DNA from: Candidatus Babelota bacterium
GTDB lineage: Bacteria; Babelota; Babeliae; Babelales; JAHIUU01
NCBI GenBank assembly: GCA_018817025.1
Contig: JAHIUU010000001.1
Location: forward strand, 6,852 to 70,851
Length of the DNA stretch: 64,000 nt
Direction: 5' to 3'
In this document: one piece after another, positions 19,341 through 29,344 of the stretch
Layout of the letters: each line of letters begins with the position of its first letter
Position numbering within the stretch: position 1 is the first letter of the stretch
The notes under the pieces: model-generated
Told to the model about the DNA's origin: nothing
Seen by the model: only the letters and a program-made list of their open reading frames with translations
The model's database searches: none
Made by a program: the position numbers and the translations under genes

Positions 19341-20457
19341 GTGCCAAAATATCCTGATACGAAAGAAAGAGGATCAATCCAAGAATCAAAACCCATGACA
19401 AAAGATTGACCGAAAAACGAATTATCTCGGGGATTGGTCGCCGAATAATAAACTCTATCGTTTCAAACAAAAGCTGGCCCCCATCAAGAGCACCAATTGG
19501 CAACAGATTGATGATTGCAAGATTTATACTAATAATTGCTAGAAAAACTAGCAACAAAAGCAGTCCCTGCTGTGCCATCTGAAAGCTCTGCGAAACAATC
19601 ATAATCGGGCCACCAAAATCTTTTATATTGCGCTTGAAGGCAAGCATTTTGATGCTTACTAAAAACTTGCCAACCCACTCATGCGTTTTCGCAACACCTT
19701 TTTTTATCGCCTGAAAAACAGAATACTTTTCATATTCAACACGAATGGTTTCCGGATAGACTGTAGCTCCAGCCAACAACCCGCGCTGTAAATTACTTCC
19801 GTTCTTAGAACCAGGAACTGAAATAACAAGCTCTTTTTTGCCCCGCAAAAGTCGTAACTCTACAGCTTCCCCTTTTTTCTTGGAAAGTTCTTCCGCCAAC
19901 TTGCGCAACGCAGGATACAAAATTTTGGGATCAGCATGAAGACGACGATTATTGACCGCCAAGAGCCTGTCACCCGGCTGGATTCCAAGAGGCATATCTT
20001 CTTTTTTCACTTTTTTTACAAACAGCGCAACTTCTTTTTGCACCGGCATGCCAGTCATATACAAAACACTAAACACCATGTAGGCAAAAAAGATGTTAAA
20101 TAAAATACCCCCAACTAGAACTAAAACTCTTTGCCAATAAGGCTTTGATCGGAACGACCGAGGACTAATATCGTATGCATGCGCCTGTCCTCCTTGGCCA
20201 ACTTCTGCCATGCCAGCAATCTCAACATATCCACCGATCGGAATAATAGCTAAGCGAAAATTCGTATCACCAATTTTTTTCTGGAAAATACTTGGCCCCA
20301 TACCTATCGAAAAGGTTGGCGTGTGGATATTGAAAAGCTTGCAAAATAAAAAATGGCCACACTCATGAATCGTAATAAGCAAACCAAAACCGAGAATGGC
20401 ATAAAATAAAGGAAGTAATTTTGTTGAAAATAATATTCCCAAAGCATATATATTCAT
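19327..20457 (-). CDS. rseP: RIP (site-2) zinc metalloprotease, M50 family
   Basis: 376 aa with HECGHFLFCKLF (HExxH) in TM1, IPIGGYVEIAG, a central PDZ-like segment and a C-terminal NLLPIGALDGG. Confidence 0.88.
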   Translation of the reverse strand: MNIYALGILFSTKLLPLFYAILGFGLLITIHECGHFLFCKLFNIHTPTFSIGMGPSIFQKKIGDTNFRLAIIPIGGYVEIAGMAEVGQGGQAHAYDISPRSFRSKPYWQRVLVLVGGILFNIFFAYMVFSVLYMTGMPVQKEVALFVKKVKKEDMPLGIQPGDRLLAVNNRRLHADPKILYPALRKLAEELSKKKGEAVELRLLRGKKELVISVPGSKNGSNLQRGLLAGATVYPETIRVEYEKYSVFQAIKKGVAKTHEWVGKFLVSIKMLAFKRNIKDFGGPIMIVSQSFQMAQQGLLLLLVFLAIISINLAIINLLPIGALDGGQLLFETIEFIIRRPIPEIIRFSVNLLSWVLILGLILFLSYQDILALILR

Positions 20458-20529
20458 AGATTTGTTCCTAAACTATTTTGAAGTCAATAAAAGATGATTG
20501 TAGCAAAATATCACAAATATGAAAATTTA

Positions 20530-20554
20530 GTGCAAAAATTAGAGTTTTTTGCAC
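20530..20554 (-). terminator. Hairpin spanning the pepP stop codon (possible weak intrinsic terminator)
   Basis: A 9-bp stem GTGCAAAAA/TTTTTGCAC (20530-20538 and 20546-20554) with a 7-nt loop that contains the TAA stop. On the minus-strand RNA it is followed by UAAAUUUUCAUAUUU. The stem is AT-rich, so its strength is doubtful. Confidence 0.3.
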
Positions 20555-21732
20555 CCTTCGTGGGTGATCACAAAGACATCTTCAATCCGAACCCCAATGT
20601 TCTCTTTAGGAAAGTACAATCCAGGCTCTATCGTAATAACATCACCAACACCAAGCGGAATACCTAAATCACCAACATCGTGCACATCAAGACCCAAGAA
20701 GTGCCCTATTCCATGGACAAAATACTGTTTAAGCCCTCGTTCTTCCAAAAATTGCTCGGCCATGTGATGTAAGGACCGCTCAGGCACAGCTGAATTCTGC
20801 AAGAAGGACCCCGGTTTTGCCCGTGATGCGATATATGTTTGTAGTTCTAGAACAATATCGTAAACTTTTTGCTGGCGATCGGTAAACAAACCTGAAACGG
20901 GATAGGTCCTCGTCATGTCTGCACAATAGAGGCCAACTTGTGCACCAATATCAACAACCACAAGATCGCCTTTTTGCAACTTTTTGTCGCGATCCATGTA
21001 GTGCAGTACTGTGCTATTTTTTCCAGCCGCAACAATCGAGGGGAAAGCTATCTGCGCATGCTGCTTCGTAAAAACACGCTCTATCTCAGCCTGTAACTCA
21101 TATTCATACATGTCAGGCTTTATAGTCTGTGCAACAGCAAGATGCGCTTTTTTCGTCACCTCAATCGCTTGAGAGAGCAGCTCAAGCTCATGGTCGTCCT
21201 TTTTTCTGCGTAGCGACGCAACCATCGGTGAAATATCTGCAACCTGCTCCGCAATAAGACTCATACACGAGAACAAATTTTCAAATCGATGGATAGGGAA
21301 AAAGTACGAGTCATTTGATTGGTCAAGTAATGTTAATAGTAGGCCCTGCTTACCAAGATAATCTTTCAGATCTTTTATTACATTTTCATACTCATCTTCA
21401 TAAAAAAATGGCTTCATGTAATAGCTTTGACACGGCTTACCTAACGACTTCATGTCAAAGCTATGGCCCCCCAATGATGCCGTGGTTGCCCATTGTTCCC
21501 GTGCTCGACTGTATTTTGGAAGAAAAAGTTCCTCCCGGCCATCCCAATACAAGCAAGTGACCGCTCCCGGCTCATTAATCCCAGTAAAATAATAAAACGA
21601 ACTCTCTTGCCGAAAGATATATCTTGAATCTTCAAAGCCAGCAAAAAAAACCACAACCCCTCGTTCTACCTCTGGATACATCTCATGAAGCATATCAAGT
21701 AACAACGCTCTTCGTTTCTTGTACATAATCAC
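20539..21732 (-). CDS. pepP: Xaa-Pro aminopeptidase (M24B family)
   Basis: It has an AMP_N-type block (FRQESSFYYFTGINEPGAV) and M24 metal-ligand blocks (VVDIGAQVGLYCADMTRT, HGIGHFLGLDVHD, TIEPGLY, IRIEDV). Confidence 0.88.
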   Translation of the reverse strand: MIMYKKRRALLLDMLHEMYPEVERGVVVFFAGFEDSRYIFRQESSFYYFTGINEPGAVTCLYWDGREELFLPKYSRAREQWATTASLGGHSFDMKSLGKPCQSYYMKPFFYEDEYENVIKDLKDYLGKQGLLLTLLDQSNDSYFFPIHRFENLFSCMSLIAEQVADISPMVASLRRKKDDHELELLSQAIEVTKKAHLAVAQTIKPDMYEYELQAEIERVFTKQHAQIAFPSIVAAGKNSTVLHYMDRDKKLQKGDLVVVDIGAQVGLYCADMTRTYPVSGLFTDRQQKVYDIVLELQTYIASRAKPGSFLQNSAVPERSLHHMAEQFLEERGLKQYFVHGIGHFLGLDVHDVGDLGIPLGVGDVITIEPGLYFPKENIGVRIEDVFVITHEGCKKL

Positions 21733-24053
21733 CTTTCATAGCCTTCTGGCGCCCGATATATCGGCAACCTCTTGAACTTTTGCGCAAATGATCCGATCGA
21801 TTCCAATCGAAGAGAGAGTGTTAATGCTCGCTCACTTTTCCAATTGCCATACTGTCGATACCTCTTCTCCTCCCATCCAATCGAAATTCCCCAACAATGT
21901 CCCTTATAGTCAAAACAGACATGGTGTAGCATCGGTTTCATCGCATTGAATAACGGCAACGCATGCTTATGTTTTGAATAAAACTTTCCATTATAGGTAA
22001 CATTCACAGAATTGCCCAACGGAACCGAGCAGCCAACCATCACAAACGTAGAAATATCAGAAAACAGTTCCCTCTCCCGCCTTACCGCATCTTTTTGATA
22101 AATATATCCTAAAAAAAGATTCCAATTATCTCTCGCAAAGCTCATCATTATTTCGTACGTAGCCAAAGAAAAATTTTTCCAATCATACTCCTGCGTCAAT
22201 GAAAGATCAAAGTCTTTATATGTACACTGTGTTTGTATATGTAGGGGTGCAAGATGCTTCTGGCTATACGATCTACGTAACGGGAAGATGTCTGAACGAT
22301 TGCAAAAATCATATCCCTGCGTTACCACCAAATCCAAACAAAAATCGTTCAGACGCCAGTTGTTTCTCAAGATAAACACAAGTCTGTTTTCCGGATAAAA
22401 ACGATCAAACATATCAATGTGATACCAATGATCCTGGTATATCTTTGGCAGATAGCCCCAGCGAATTATCGGCTGCATGTGGTGCATATATCGATAGTCC
22501 TCATGGCAAAGCGTCTGCTCTGGAAATGCCCACTCAAAACCACACCGGGCAAACAATCTGCAACGAGAACCCACGGAACTTGTCTTGCAAACATTGCTTC
22601 GAAGCTGCAGTTGCGGCTCAACGAAGCCTGTCATATGCTGGTTCCAAACGGTCCAGGACGACTGCGCACGGCCCTTATAAACAAACCGCGCTGTATCAAT
22701 ATCGATGGAAGGCGTTGTCGTAATAGTCCGGTCAACCAACTCGCCAACATAAAACTTTTCGACTTTTTTAGATTCCAAAAATGCATAGTCAAACAACATA
22801 TCATGCCGATAGTGCAAAAATGGTAGAAGCTTGTAATAGCTTGTGCCCCACTCATAGTGAGGCAGATATGTTATAGAAACCTTTTCTTCGTGCTCCCTTT
22901 TCTTTGCCACCAAGCAACGCTCTTCTTCTACAAACTGATTACTCAAGCTTCGTTCAGAATGTGCCACAAACTGCATCGAATGCTTTCTATCATGATATCG
23001 CTGAATGACAGAGTTATAGAACGAATCTTCAACCAACTGCGCATCATTTAAAAACTGATATCCAAGTCGTTTGTCAGTCCCAAAATCGAACCGTATAAGA
23101 CTCTGAAGTCTATGAGTTCCTAGCGCAAACGGCTGAAAATAGTTCCCCTGGACCCAGTACCGCTTGTCGGTTGCTTGAACCAAGCGACCATCTCGTTCCA
23201 ACCACGCGTCCCATTCTTCCGCATAATGACTATCGATAACAATAAAATTATCACTGCTCTTCGCCCAACGAAATTCGTCCGACAGAATAAATCCCTTCTT
23301 TTCAACCAAGTTAAATCCAAACGTCGTATCACAATGAGAACCAAGCAGCCAGTAATATTCTTGGCGAAAGCCAAACCCAAGCTCTGCATCAAACGAAAGG
23401 CGAGGCATCAAAAAACCAGAACCCGCTCGATTTTGCAACGGAAAAACTAATACTGGAAACACAAAAACAGGAATTTGCATAATCTTAAAAAGTAAGCCTG
23501 AGGCTTTAAGAACAGAATTTTTATATAAAACAGCGTGGCTCGCGGTAAAAGACCAATGTGGTGTCGAGTGGTCACAGGCGGTGTAGGCTAACCCCTCCAT
23601 CTCCCAAGTTTGGTCATCCAATTTTTCTGCTTTCGCAGAAGATAAAAAACCTTCTTTGACATGAATCTTAATATTTTTCGCACACCCGGTCTTTGTTGCC
23701 AAACATAATTCGAGAGAATCGGCTAACATAACAAAGTCTGGGTTTTCAAACTTGACAAACGCATTCTCATCACACGTCGCAACAACGGTTTGCCTCTCTT
23801 TATCCAAAACCACCCGATCTGCCCAAATGTGCACTTTATAGTCAAGCAAAATTTCGACTTCTCCATCAAGAAGCACCTGATTTTTATCAGTTATTTTTTG
23901 ATGTGTCGAACGAACAGTAAGAACTTTTATCGAATCAAAAGCGGTTTTTACCCCTGGATGAATGGGAATAGACGTGAGCGCAAAAGCAAAAAAAACCCAA
24001 ACTACTGGCCATCCAGTGGTCGTATGATGGCTCGTGCTTGGCTTCCTCATCAA
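21729..24053 (-). CDS. lptD: LPS-assembly outer-membrane protein LptD
   Basis: 774 aa with a signal peptide. The block AYTACD..PHWSFTASHAVLYKNSVLKASGLLFKIMQIPVFVFPVLVFPLQNRAGSGFLMPRLS...YYW parallels E. coli LptD (YTTC..W.I.A...PVFY.P...FP...R.SGFL.P...YYW). Confidence 0.85.
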   Translation of the reverse strand: MMRKPSTSHHTTTGWPVVWVFFAFALTSIPIHPGVKTAFDSIKVLTVRSTHQKITDKNQVLLDGEVEILLDYKVHIWADRVVLDKERQTVVATCDENAFVKFENPDFVMLADSLELCLATKTGCAKNIKIHVKEGFLSSAKAEKLDDQTWEMEGLAYTACDHSTPHWSFTASHAVLYKNSVLKASGLLFKIMQIPVFVFPVLVFPLQNRAGSGFLMPRLSFDAELGFGFRQEYYWLLGSHCDTTFGFNLVEKKGFILSDEFRWAKSSDNFIVIDSHYAEEWDAWLERDGRLVQATDKRYWVQGNYFQPFALGTHRLQSLIRFDFGTDKRLGYQFLNDAQLVEDSFYNSVIQRYHDRKHSMQFVAHSERSLSNQFVEEERCLVAKKREHEEKVSITYLPHYEWGTSYYKLLPFLHYRHDMLFDYAFLESKKVEKFYVGELVDRTITTTPSIDIDTARFVYKGRAQSSWTVWNQHMTGFVEPQLQLRSNVCKTSSVGSRCRLFARCGFEWAFPEQTLCHEDYRYMHHMQPIIRWGYLPKIYQDHWYHIDMFDRFYPENRLVFILRNNWRLNDFCLDLVVTQGYDFCNRSDIFPLRRSYSQKHLAPLHIQTQCTYKDFDLSLTQEYDWKNFSLATYEIMMSFARDNWNLFLGYIYQKDAVRRERELFSDISTFVMVGCSVPLGNSVNVTYNGKFYSKHKHALPLFNAMKPMLHHVCFDYKGHCWGISIGWEEKRYRQYGNWKSERALTLSLRLESIGSFAQKFKRLPIYRAPEGYER

Positions 24054-24649
24054 AATGGCCGTCTACCCGCTATCGCTTTGTGGATCGTCACCCGATCCAT
24101 TTGCTCCAGGCTGTAGCCGATTGGGATACCACTTGCAAGCCGAGAAACCAAAAGCGAAGCCCCCTCCAATTTTGACGCAACGAAACTCGCGGTCGCCTCA
24201 CCCTCAGGCGTCGGGTTTGTCGCAAAAATAACCTCTTTTATCCCATCATCGATACGAGTCAAAAAAGCGTCCACCGTCAAATCATCAGGTCCTACACCCT
24301 CCAACGGACAAAGCGACCCTCCAAGAACATGGTACAGCCCGTCATAGTCCTGAGTCCTCTCGATCGCCAACAGATCGTGCCAAGTCTCCACAACACATAT
24401 CGAACTACGATCTCGTTTGGAGTCCGCGCAAATCGCACATAAGTCGCTTGTCTGCGTCCAGTTGAAACAATTCTTGCACGGCTTCACCTTTTCTTTCGCC
24501 TCAATAATCGCTCGACAAAGCTGATCGATAGATTTTTGATCGCTCGACAAAAAGTGAGAAGCAACCCTATACAAATTTTTCGAAGCAAGATACGGCACGT
24601 GCTGTAATTGACGAATTAACTTTTCTAGTGATGGAATATGCTTAATCAT
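24050..24649 (-). CDS. recR: Recombination protein RecR
   Basis: 199 aa with a C4 zinc finger (CKNCFNWTQTSDLCAICAD) and a Toprim domain (ICVVETWHDLLAIERTQDYDGLYHVLGG). Confidence 0.93.
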   Translation of the reverse strand: MIKHIPSLEKLIRQLQHVPYLASKNLYRVASHFLSSDQKSIDQLCRAIIEAKEKVKPCKNCFNWTQTSDLCAICADSKRDRSSICVVETWHDLLAIERTQDYDGLYHVLGGSLCPLEGVGPDDLTVDAFLTRIDDGIKEVIFATNPTPEGEATASFVASKLEGASLLVSRLASGIPIGYSLEQMDRVTIHKAIAGRRPF

Positions 24650-24660
24650 ACAATAAAAAC

Positions 24661-26211
24661 TTATTTAAACAGTCTTTTTCTCAACAAATCCTCTCCAACC
24701 GTCAAAACATTATTCATCAACCAATAGAGCACCAGGCCTGCTGGGAAGTTAACAAATATCGCGGTCATAACAATTGGCATAAACATCATCATCATTCGCT
24801 GCTTTTGATCTGCAACAGGAGACACCGTTTGCTGCCACAACATCGTCGCCCCCATTAAAACAGGAAGAACATAGTATGGGTCTGCGGCAGACAAATCGTT
24901 AATCCATCCAAAAAGCGGTGCCTGATACAACGAAAGGTAATTACTTAACACGCGATACAATGAAAACAAAATAGGAAGTTGAACAAACATCGGAAGACAA
25001 CCAACCATTGGTGTCGCAGGAGAAAGCTTATGTTCTTGATGAAATCGCAAGATTTCTTCTTGTTGTTTTTTTGAATCATGCCGAAATTTAGAACGAATTC
25101 TGTTAATCGTTGGTTGATATTTTTGATACTCCTCCATCTTTCGACGAGAAACAATCGAAAGCGGCAAAAACGGCAACTTGAGAAGAATCGTAAGAACAAC
25201 TATGGCTAACCCAAAATTTCCAAGATGCTTATATAAAAATTCTAAAAGCCGTAACAAAATTTTGCACAACCATGAAAGCCATCCAAATGAAAGAACATCT
25301 GCTAGCCGCCCATCAACAGCCTCCAAATCAGACAACAGTTTAGGTCCCATATAAAAAGACAGTTCGACACGCTTCTCTGCCTTTACCTCGGCCCCCTCGA
25401 GAATCGCAACTAATCGCTTGTTTACTCGCTTAAGGTAACCTCCTAGGGCAAAATTTGATGCGTCTTTCGCAAGCGTATGAATAAAATACTTGTCCTCTAC
25501 TCCAAAAATCTCTGGAAGACCCCACACGCTTACAAGCTCCTCGCTCGAAGCTATCTTGCTAATTGCTCCCGCATCTCTTGTCACAAGTCCGTTGATCGTA
25601 TTATCCGCTATCTCAGAAACATGCGGAGCTGGATAAAAAAGTCGCGTATTGATGGGGGTTGGATTTCCTATCAAAGGCTCAAAGTCTAACGTCAGATCAA
25701 GTTTGTATGAATCATCATGGAGTAGGTACGTCTTACGAATACGCCAGTCTCCCGCTTTGGTCTCATACGAAACCGATCGATCGGTCTGTGAGACAAACTT
25801 GTAATTGAACGGGGTCTTTTCATCAAGCGCAAGCAAGAAACAAGCCTCTTCGCGCTGCTCAACCGTATCGTACAAAACTGTCTCGATAGGTCGGCCAGAC
25901 CTGCCCTTGTGTTTTTTAAAAGATAATGCCCGAACAACGCCACCAAAGTTAGAAAACTCGACCTTAACCTGCGGTGTCTGCAATACTACAATCGATTCTT
26001 GATCAGGACTCACCTTTGTATCAATAAAATCAACTTCTCGCTTTGGCTCTCGATGCCAACACTGCTGCACCGGTGTTCGATATACCTGGCCAGCTTGAAT
26101 CTTGTCACCAGCTCCCACTACTCCTGAAGGCTGCGGCTTCTTTGTAAAGTACTGCAACGCCCAAACGGTCAGAAAAGAAAACGCTAACGCAGTTAATACT
26201 CTTCGATTCAT
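24661..26211 (-). CDS. yidC: Membrane protein insertase YidC
   Basis: Contains QPTINRIRSKFRHDSKKQQEEILRFHQEHKLSP..GCLPMFVQLPILFSLY, the YidC/Oxa1 core. The start is set at ATG 26211 (MNRRVLTALAF); the ORF track starts 10 codons upstream. Confidence 0.9.
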   Translation of the reverse strand: MNRRVLTALAFSFLTVWALQYFTKKPQPSGVVGAGDKIQAGQVYRTPVQQCWHREPKREVDFIDTKVSPDQESIVVLQTPQVKVEFSNFGGVVRALSFKKHKGRSGRPIETVLYDTVEQREEACFLLALDEKTPFNYKFVSQTDRSVSYETKAGDWRIRKTYLLHDDSYKLDLTLDFEPLIGNPTPINTRLFYPAPHVSEIADNTINGLVTRDAGAISKIASSEELVSVWGLPEIFGVEDKYFIHTLAKDASNFALGGYLKRVNKRLVAILEGAEVKAEKRVELSFYMGPKLLSDLEAVDGRLADVLSFGWLSWLCKILLRLLEFLYKHLGNFGLAIVVLTILLKLPFLPLSIVSRRKMEEYQKYQPTINRIRSKFRHDSKKQQEEILRFHQEHKLSPATPMVGCLPMFVQLPILFSLYRVLSNYLSLYQAPLFGWINDLSAADPYYVLPVLMGATMLWQQTVSPVADQKQRMMMMFMPIVMTAIFVNFPAGLVLYWLMNNVLTVGEDLLRKRLFK

Positions 26212-26283
26212 CAATTTACCCTTCAGCAATATATGATACAATGGAAAAACAAAAGTTTACCAAAGAATAGGAAGAAGAGCTAG

Positions 26284-27798
26284 GTGGATACAATCAAAAC
26301 AATCGTTATTGCCAATCGAGGAGAGATAGCCCTCCGCATCAATGCAACTTGTCAAGCGCTCGGCATCAAAACAATCGCGCTTTATACACAAGAAGACCAA
26401 TCCCTATCGTACGTTTTTCACGCGGACCAATCATATAAATTGCCTCAAAACGGGCTGGCTGGTTACCTCGATCAAGAAGCTATTATAGAAATAGCCCAGA
26501 GGGCGAGCGCCAATGCCATCCATCCTGGATACGGATTTCTTGCAGAAAACGATCAATTCGCACAAAAGGTCATCGATGCAAAGCTTATATGGGTCGGCCC
26601 AAGCCCCTCTATCATCAAAGCCGTTGCCAACAAAACACAAGCTCAAAAAGTCATGTCTGCTGCAGGTATTCCTACGATCCCAGGCTACTCGTGTAACACA
26701 AGTAAGTCAGATAGTTTTGCCGAAGCAAAAAACGCAGCTGATATAATTGGCTACCCGATTATTCTCAAATCTGCTGACGGTGGTGGCGGTAAAGCAATGC
26801 GAAGCGTTAGCCAAGCAGATCAATTTGACGCATGCTGGAAATCAGTCGTATCCGAATCACAAAAGTTTTTTCGTTCAGACAATATAATTGTTGAAAAGCA
26901 ACTTGAACATGCTCGACATGTTGAAGTCCAGATCGCCGGCGACGGTGACAACTATATCCATCTTTATGAACGGGAGTGTTCAATCCAACGAAATCACCAA
27001 AAAGTAATCGAAACGGCCCCGTGCTTATTTCTTGATTCAAAAACTAAAACAAAACTTCTTGATACTGCTATTGCTGCAGCTCAAGCAATCTCGTACGACC
27101 ATATCGGGACGGTTGAATTTCTCGTCACCACAGACCAACAGTTTTATTTTCTTGAGATGAACACTCGACTCCAAGTTGAACACGCTATTACTGAAGCAAC
27201 GACAGGCATCGACCTTGTTGCCATGCAAATCCACCTCGCTGCCCATAAACAACTCCCATACAAACAACTTGATATTACCCAATCTGGCTATGCTATCGAA
27301 TGTCGTATCTACGCAGAAAATCCTTCACAAAACTTCGCGCCATCGACCGGAACGATCACGAATCTGACGCTGCCAAACGGTCCATTTTTACGAATCGATC
27401 ACGATTTAGAAGAGTGGCAAGAGATTACCCCGTTCTTCGATCCGATGCTCGCAAAGATTACTACTTGGGCAAACAAAAAAGAGCTTGCTATCGCACGCAT
27501 GGTCAACACACTTAAACAAACAAATATTTCTGGGTTGAATACTAATATCTCATTCTTGAAAGCAATTCTCGAATCAAGCGAATTCGTACAGAACCAGATT
27601 TATACAAAACTTTTGCACGATAAAAACTATTTTCAAGCAAAACAAAACAACAAACCCCTGTTTACAAAAACAGAATATCGCGATCTTGCCAGATATATCG
27701 AACAAACAAATAAAAAAAAACAAACCGATAGCAACACACAAACACAAAGCCTGTCACAAGATCTATGGAGAAATAAACGCTGGAGGAACCCGTTGTGA
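26284..27798 (+). CDS. accC: Biotin carboxylase (AccC-type) with a ~55-aa low-complexity C-terminal extension
   Basis: GTG start. Motifs IVIANRGEIALRI, IHPGYGFLAEN, ILKSADGGGGKAMR and EMNTRLQVEHAITE are present. The tail after ~residue 450 is Lys/Gln/Thr-rich. Confidence 0.88.
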   Translation: MDTIKTIVIANRGEIALRINATCQALGIKTIALYTQEDQSLSYVFHADQSYKLPQNGLAGYLDQEAIIEIAQRASANAIHPGYGFLAENDQFAQKVIDAKLIWVGPSPSIIKAVANKTQAQKVMSAAGIPTIPGYSCNTSKSDSFAEAKNAADIIGYPIILKSADGGGGKAMRSVSQADQFDACWKSVVSESQKFFRSDNIIVEKQLEHARHVEVQIAGDGDNYIHLYERECSIQRNHQKVIETAPCLFLDSKTKTKLLDTAIAAAQAISYDHIGTVEFLVTTDQQFYFLEMNTRLQVEHAITEATTGIDLVAMQIHLAAHKQLPYKQLDITQSGYAIECRIYAENPSQNFAPSTGTITNLTLPNGPFLRIDHDLEEWQEITPFFDPMLAKITTWANKKELAIARMVNTLKQTNISGLNTNISFLKAILESSEFVQNQIYTKLLHDKNYFQAKQNNKPLFTKTEYRDLARYIEQTNKKKQTDSNTQTQSLSQDLWRNKRWRNPL

Positions 27799-28199
27799 AA
27801 ATTGTCTCTTGGGATCCAGAAAAAAAGATCGCGTTTCTTGAAAAAGATGGCCAACGATACAAAGCAAAGGTTCTCTCACACAACAAAAACGAATTAGTCT
27901 TATATCTTTTCAACTCAAACGAAACAATCACGGTTTCTATTCGAGAAAACACAGAGACAAGCAAAAAGGCTCCTAATCAGCGCACGACTATCACCAGCCC
28001 GATAGCCGGACGTATCATCAAGATTTACGTGCACGCCGGCCAAAGGGTAGCTAAAGACGCCACACTCCTTACTATCGAATCTATGAAAATGGAAAATGAA
28101 ATCCGTGCTCCGTTCAATCTATTTGTAAAAACTGTTTCTATTGATGAGTTAGATTTGGTAAAACAAAATCAATTGTTGCTAAAAATCGAAGAGGGCTAA
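27795..28199 (+). CDS. Biotinyl-domain protein (BCCP-like, atypical N-terminal half)
   Basis: 134 aa with a GTG start overlapping the accC stop (GTGA). It carries the biotinylation motif LLTIESMKMENEIRAP in a lipoyl/biotinyl fold context (SPIAGRIIKIYVHAGQRV). Confidence 0.75.
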   Translation: MKIVSWDPEKKIAFLEKDGQRYKAKVLSHNKNELVLYLFNSNETITVSIRENTETSKKAPNQRTTITSPIAGRIIKIYVHAGQRVAKDATLLTIESMKMENEIRAPFNLFVKTVSIDELDLVKQNQLLLKIEEG

Positions 28200-28221
28200 T
28201 AGGGCTAATTAGGAGAAGCAA

Positions 28222-28599
28222 GTGAAGCAAAAAAACCATATGTCGAAAAAAAAGTTTCGAATCGGCGAACTCGCACGGGAATTGCAAGTTAAGAAGTTTG
28301 TTATTAGATTTTGGGAAAAAGAGTTCGACTTAAAATCCCACCGTTCACAAGGCGGACAACGCTACTACACACAAGAAGATCTTAAGGCTTTTGATACAAT
28401 AAAATTTTTGCTTTACAAAAAGGGCTTTACAATCGCCGGCGCAAAGACTGAACTTGAAACAATACTCAACCGAAGCAACCATACAGAAAAACAGATCACC
28501 GCAGCAACCCAAACAAAATTTGATGTCCTTCCAAGCGATCTTCTCAACAAAATAGTTTATTTAAAAGAAAAACTAATCGAACTAAAAGAAGCACTCTAA
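28222..28599 (+). CDS. MerR-family transcriptional regulator
   Basis: FRIGELARELQVKKFVIRFWEKEFDL is the MerR-type wHTH, followed by a C-terminal coiled coil. An AGGAG SD sits 6 nt upstream of the GTG. Confidence 0.75.
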   Translation: MKQKNHMSKKKFRIGELARELQVKKFVIRFWEKEFDLKSHRSQGGQRYYTQEDLKAFDTIKFLLYKKGFTIAGAKTELETILNRSNHTEKQITAATQTKFDVLPSDLLNKIVYLKEKLIELKEAL

Positions 28600-28604
28600 C
28601 TACT

Positions 28605-29333
28605 ATGTTCCCAACACAAACCGGATATCTTCTCATTAACAAACCAAAAGACATAACATCGTTTGATTGCATTAGACACATTAAAAAAATTCTCAACGCT
28701 GGTCGAAAAGTAAAAATTGGCCACGCAGGCACCCTTGATCCATTTGCAACCGGACTTTTGATTGTCTGTATTGGTAGAGACGCAACAAAAACAATTTCTC
28801 ATTTGCTTAATCTCGACAAAACATACGTCGTTAAGGCAAAATTAGGTGAGCGAACAGACACGCTTGATTGCACGGGCAGGATGGTTGAAACAAGCAATGT
28901 CCAGATCCAAAAACAGGAAATCGAACTGGCAATTAAAAACCTAGGGAGCTCATACATGCAAACCCCACCAATATACTCTGCGCTTAAACATCAAGGACAG
29001 CCTCTCTACAAACTCGTACGGGAAAAAAAACTCACCGAAAAACAGCTAGCCGAAATTATCAAAGCAAAATCACGAACCGTCACGATTCACAATATAAAGC
29101 TACTCAATTATGCATCACCATATTTTTCATTCAAAGCTCAGGTTTCCAAAGGGACGTATATCCGATCGCTCTCCAACGACATTGCACAAAAAGCCGGATC
29201 CATTGCAACGACATACGAACTTGAGCGAACCAAAATTGGTTCCATCTCACTTACAAAAGCAACTCGCTTGGATATGCTAAAATCTGTCGATGACATACAA
29301 AAAAATATGCTCTCTCAAGAGCAAGTAACCTAA
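28605..29333 (+). CDS. truB: tRNA pseudouridine(55) synthase
   Basis: Contains GYLLINKPKDITSFD and KIGHAGTLDPFATGLLIVCIG (catalytic Asp motif). Confidence 0.92.
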   Translation: MFPTQTGYLLINKPKDITSFDCIRHIKKILNAGRKVKIGHAGTLDPFATGLLIVCIGRDATKTISHLLNLDKTYVVKAKLGERTDTLDCTGRMVETSNVQIQKQEIELAIKNLGSSYMQTPPIYSALKHQGQPLYKLVREKKLTEKQLAEIIKAKSRTVTIHNIKLLNYASPYFSFKAQVSKGTYIRSLSNDIAQKAGSIATTYELERTKIGSISLTKATRLDMLKSVDDIQKNMLSQEQVT

Positions 29334-29344
29334 AGGAGTATGGT

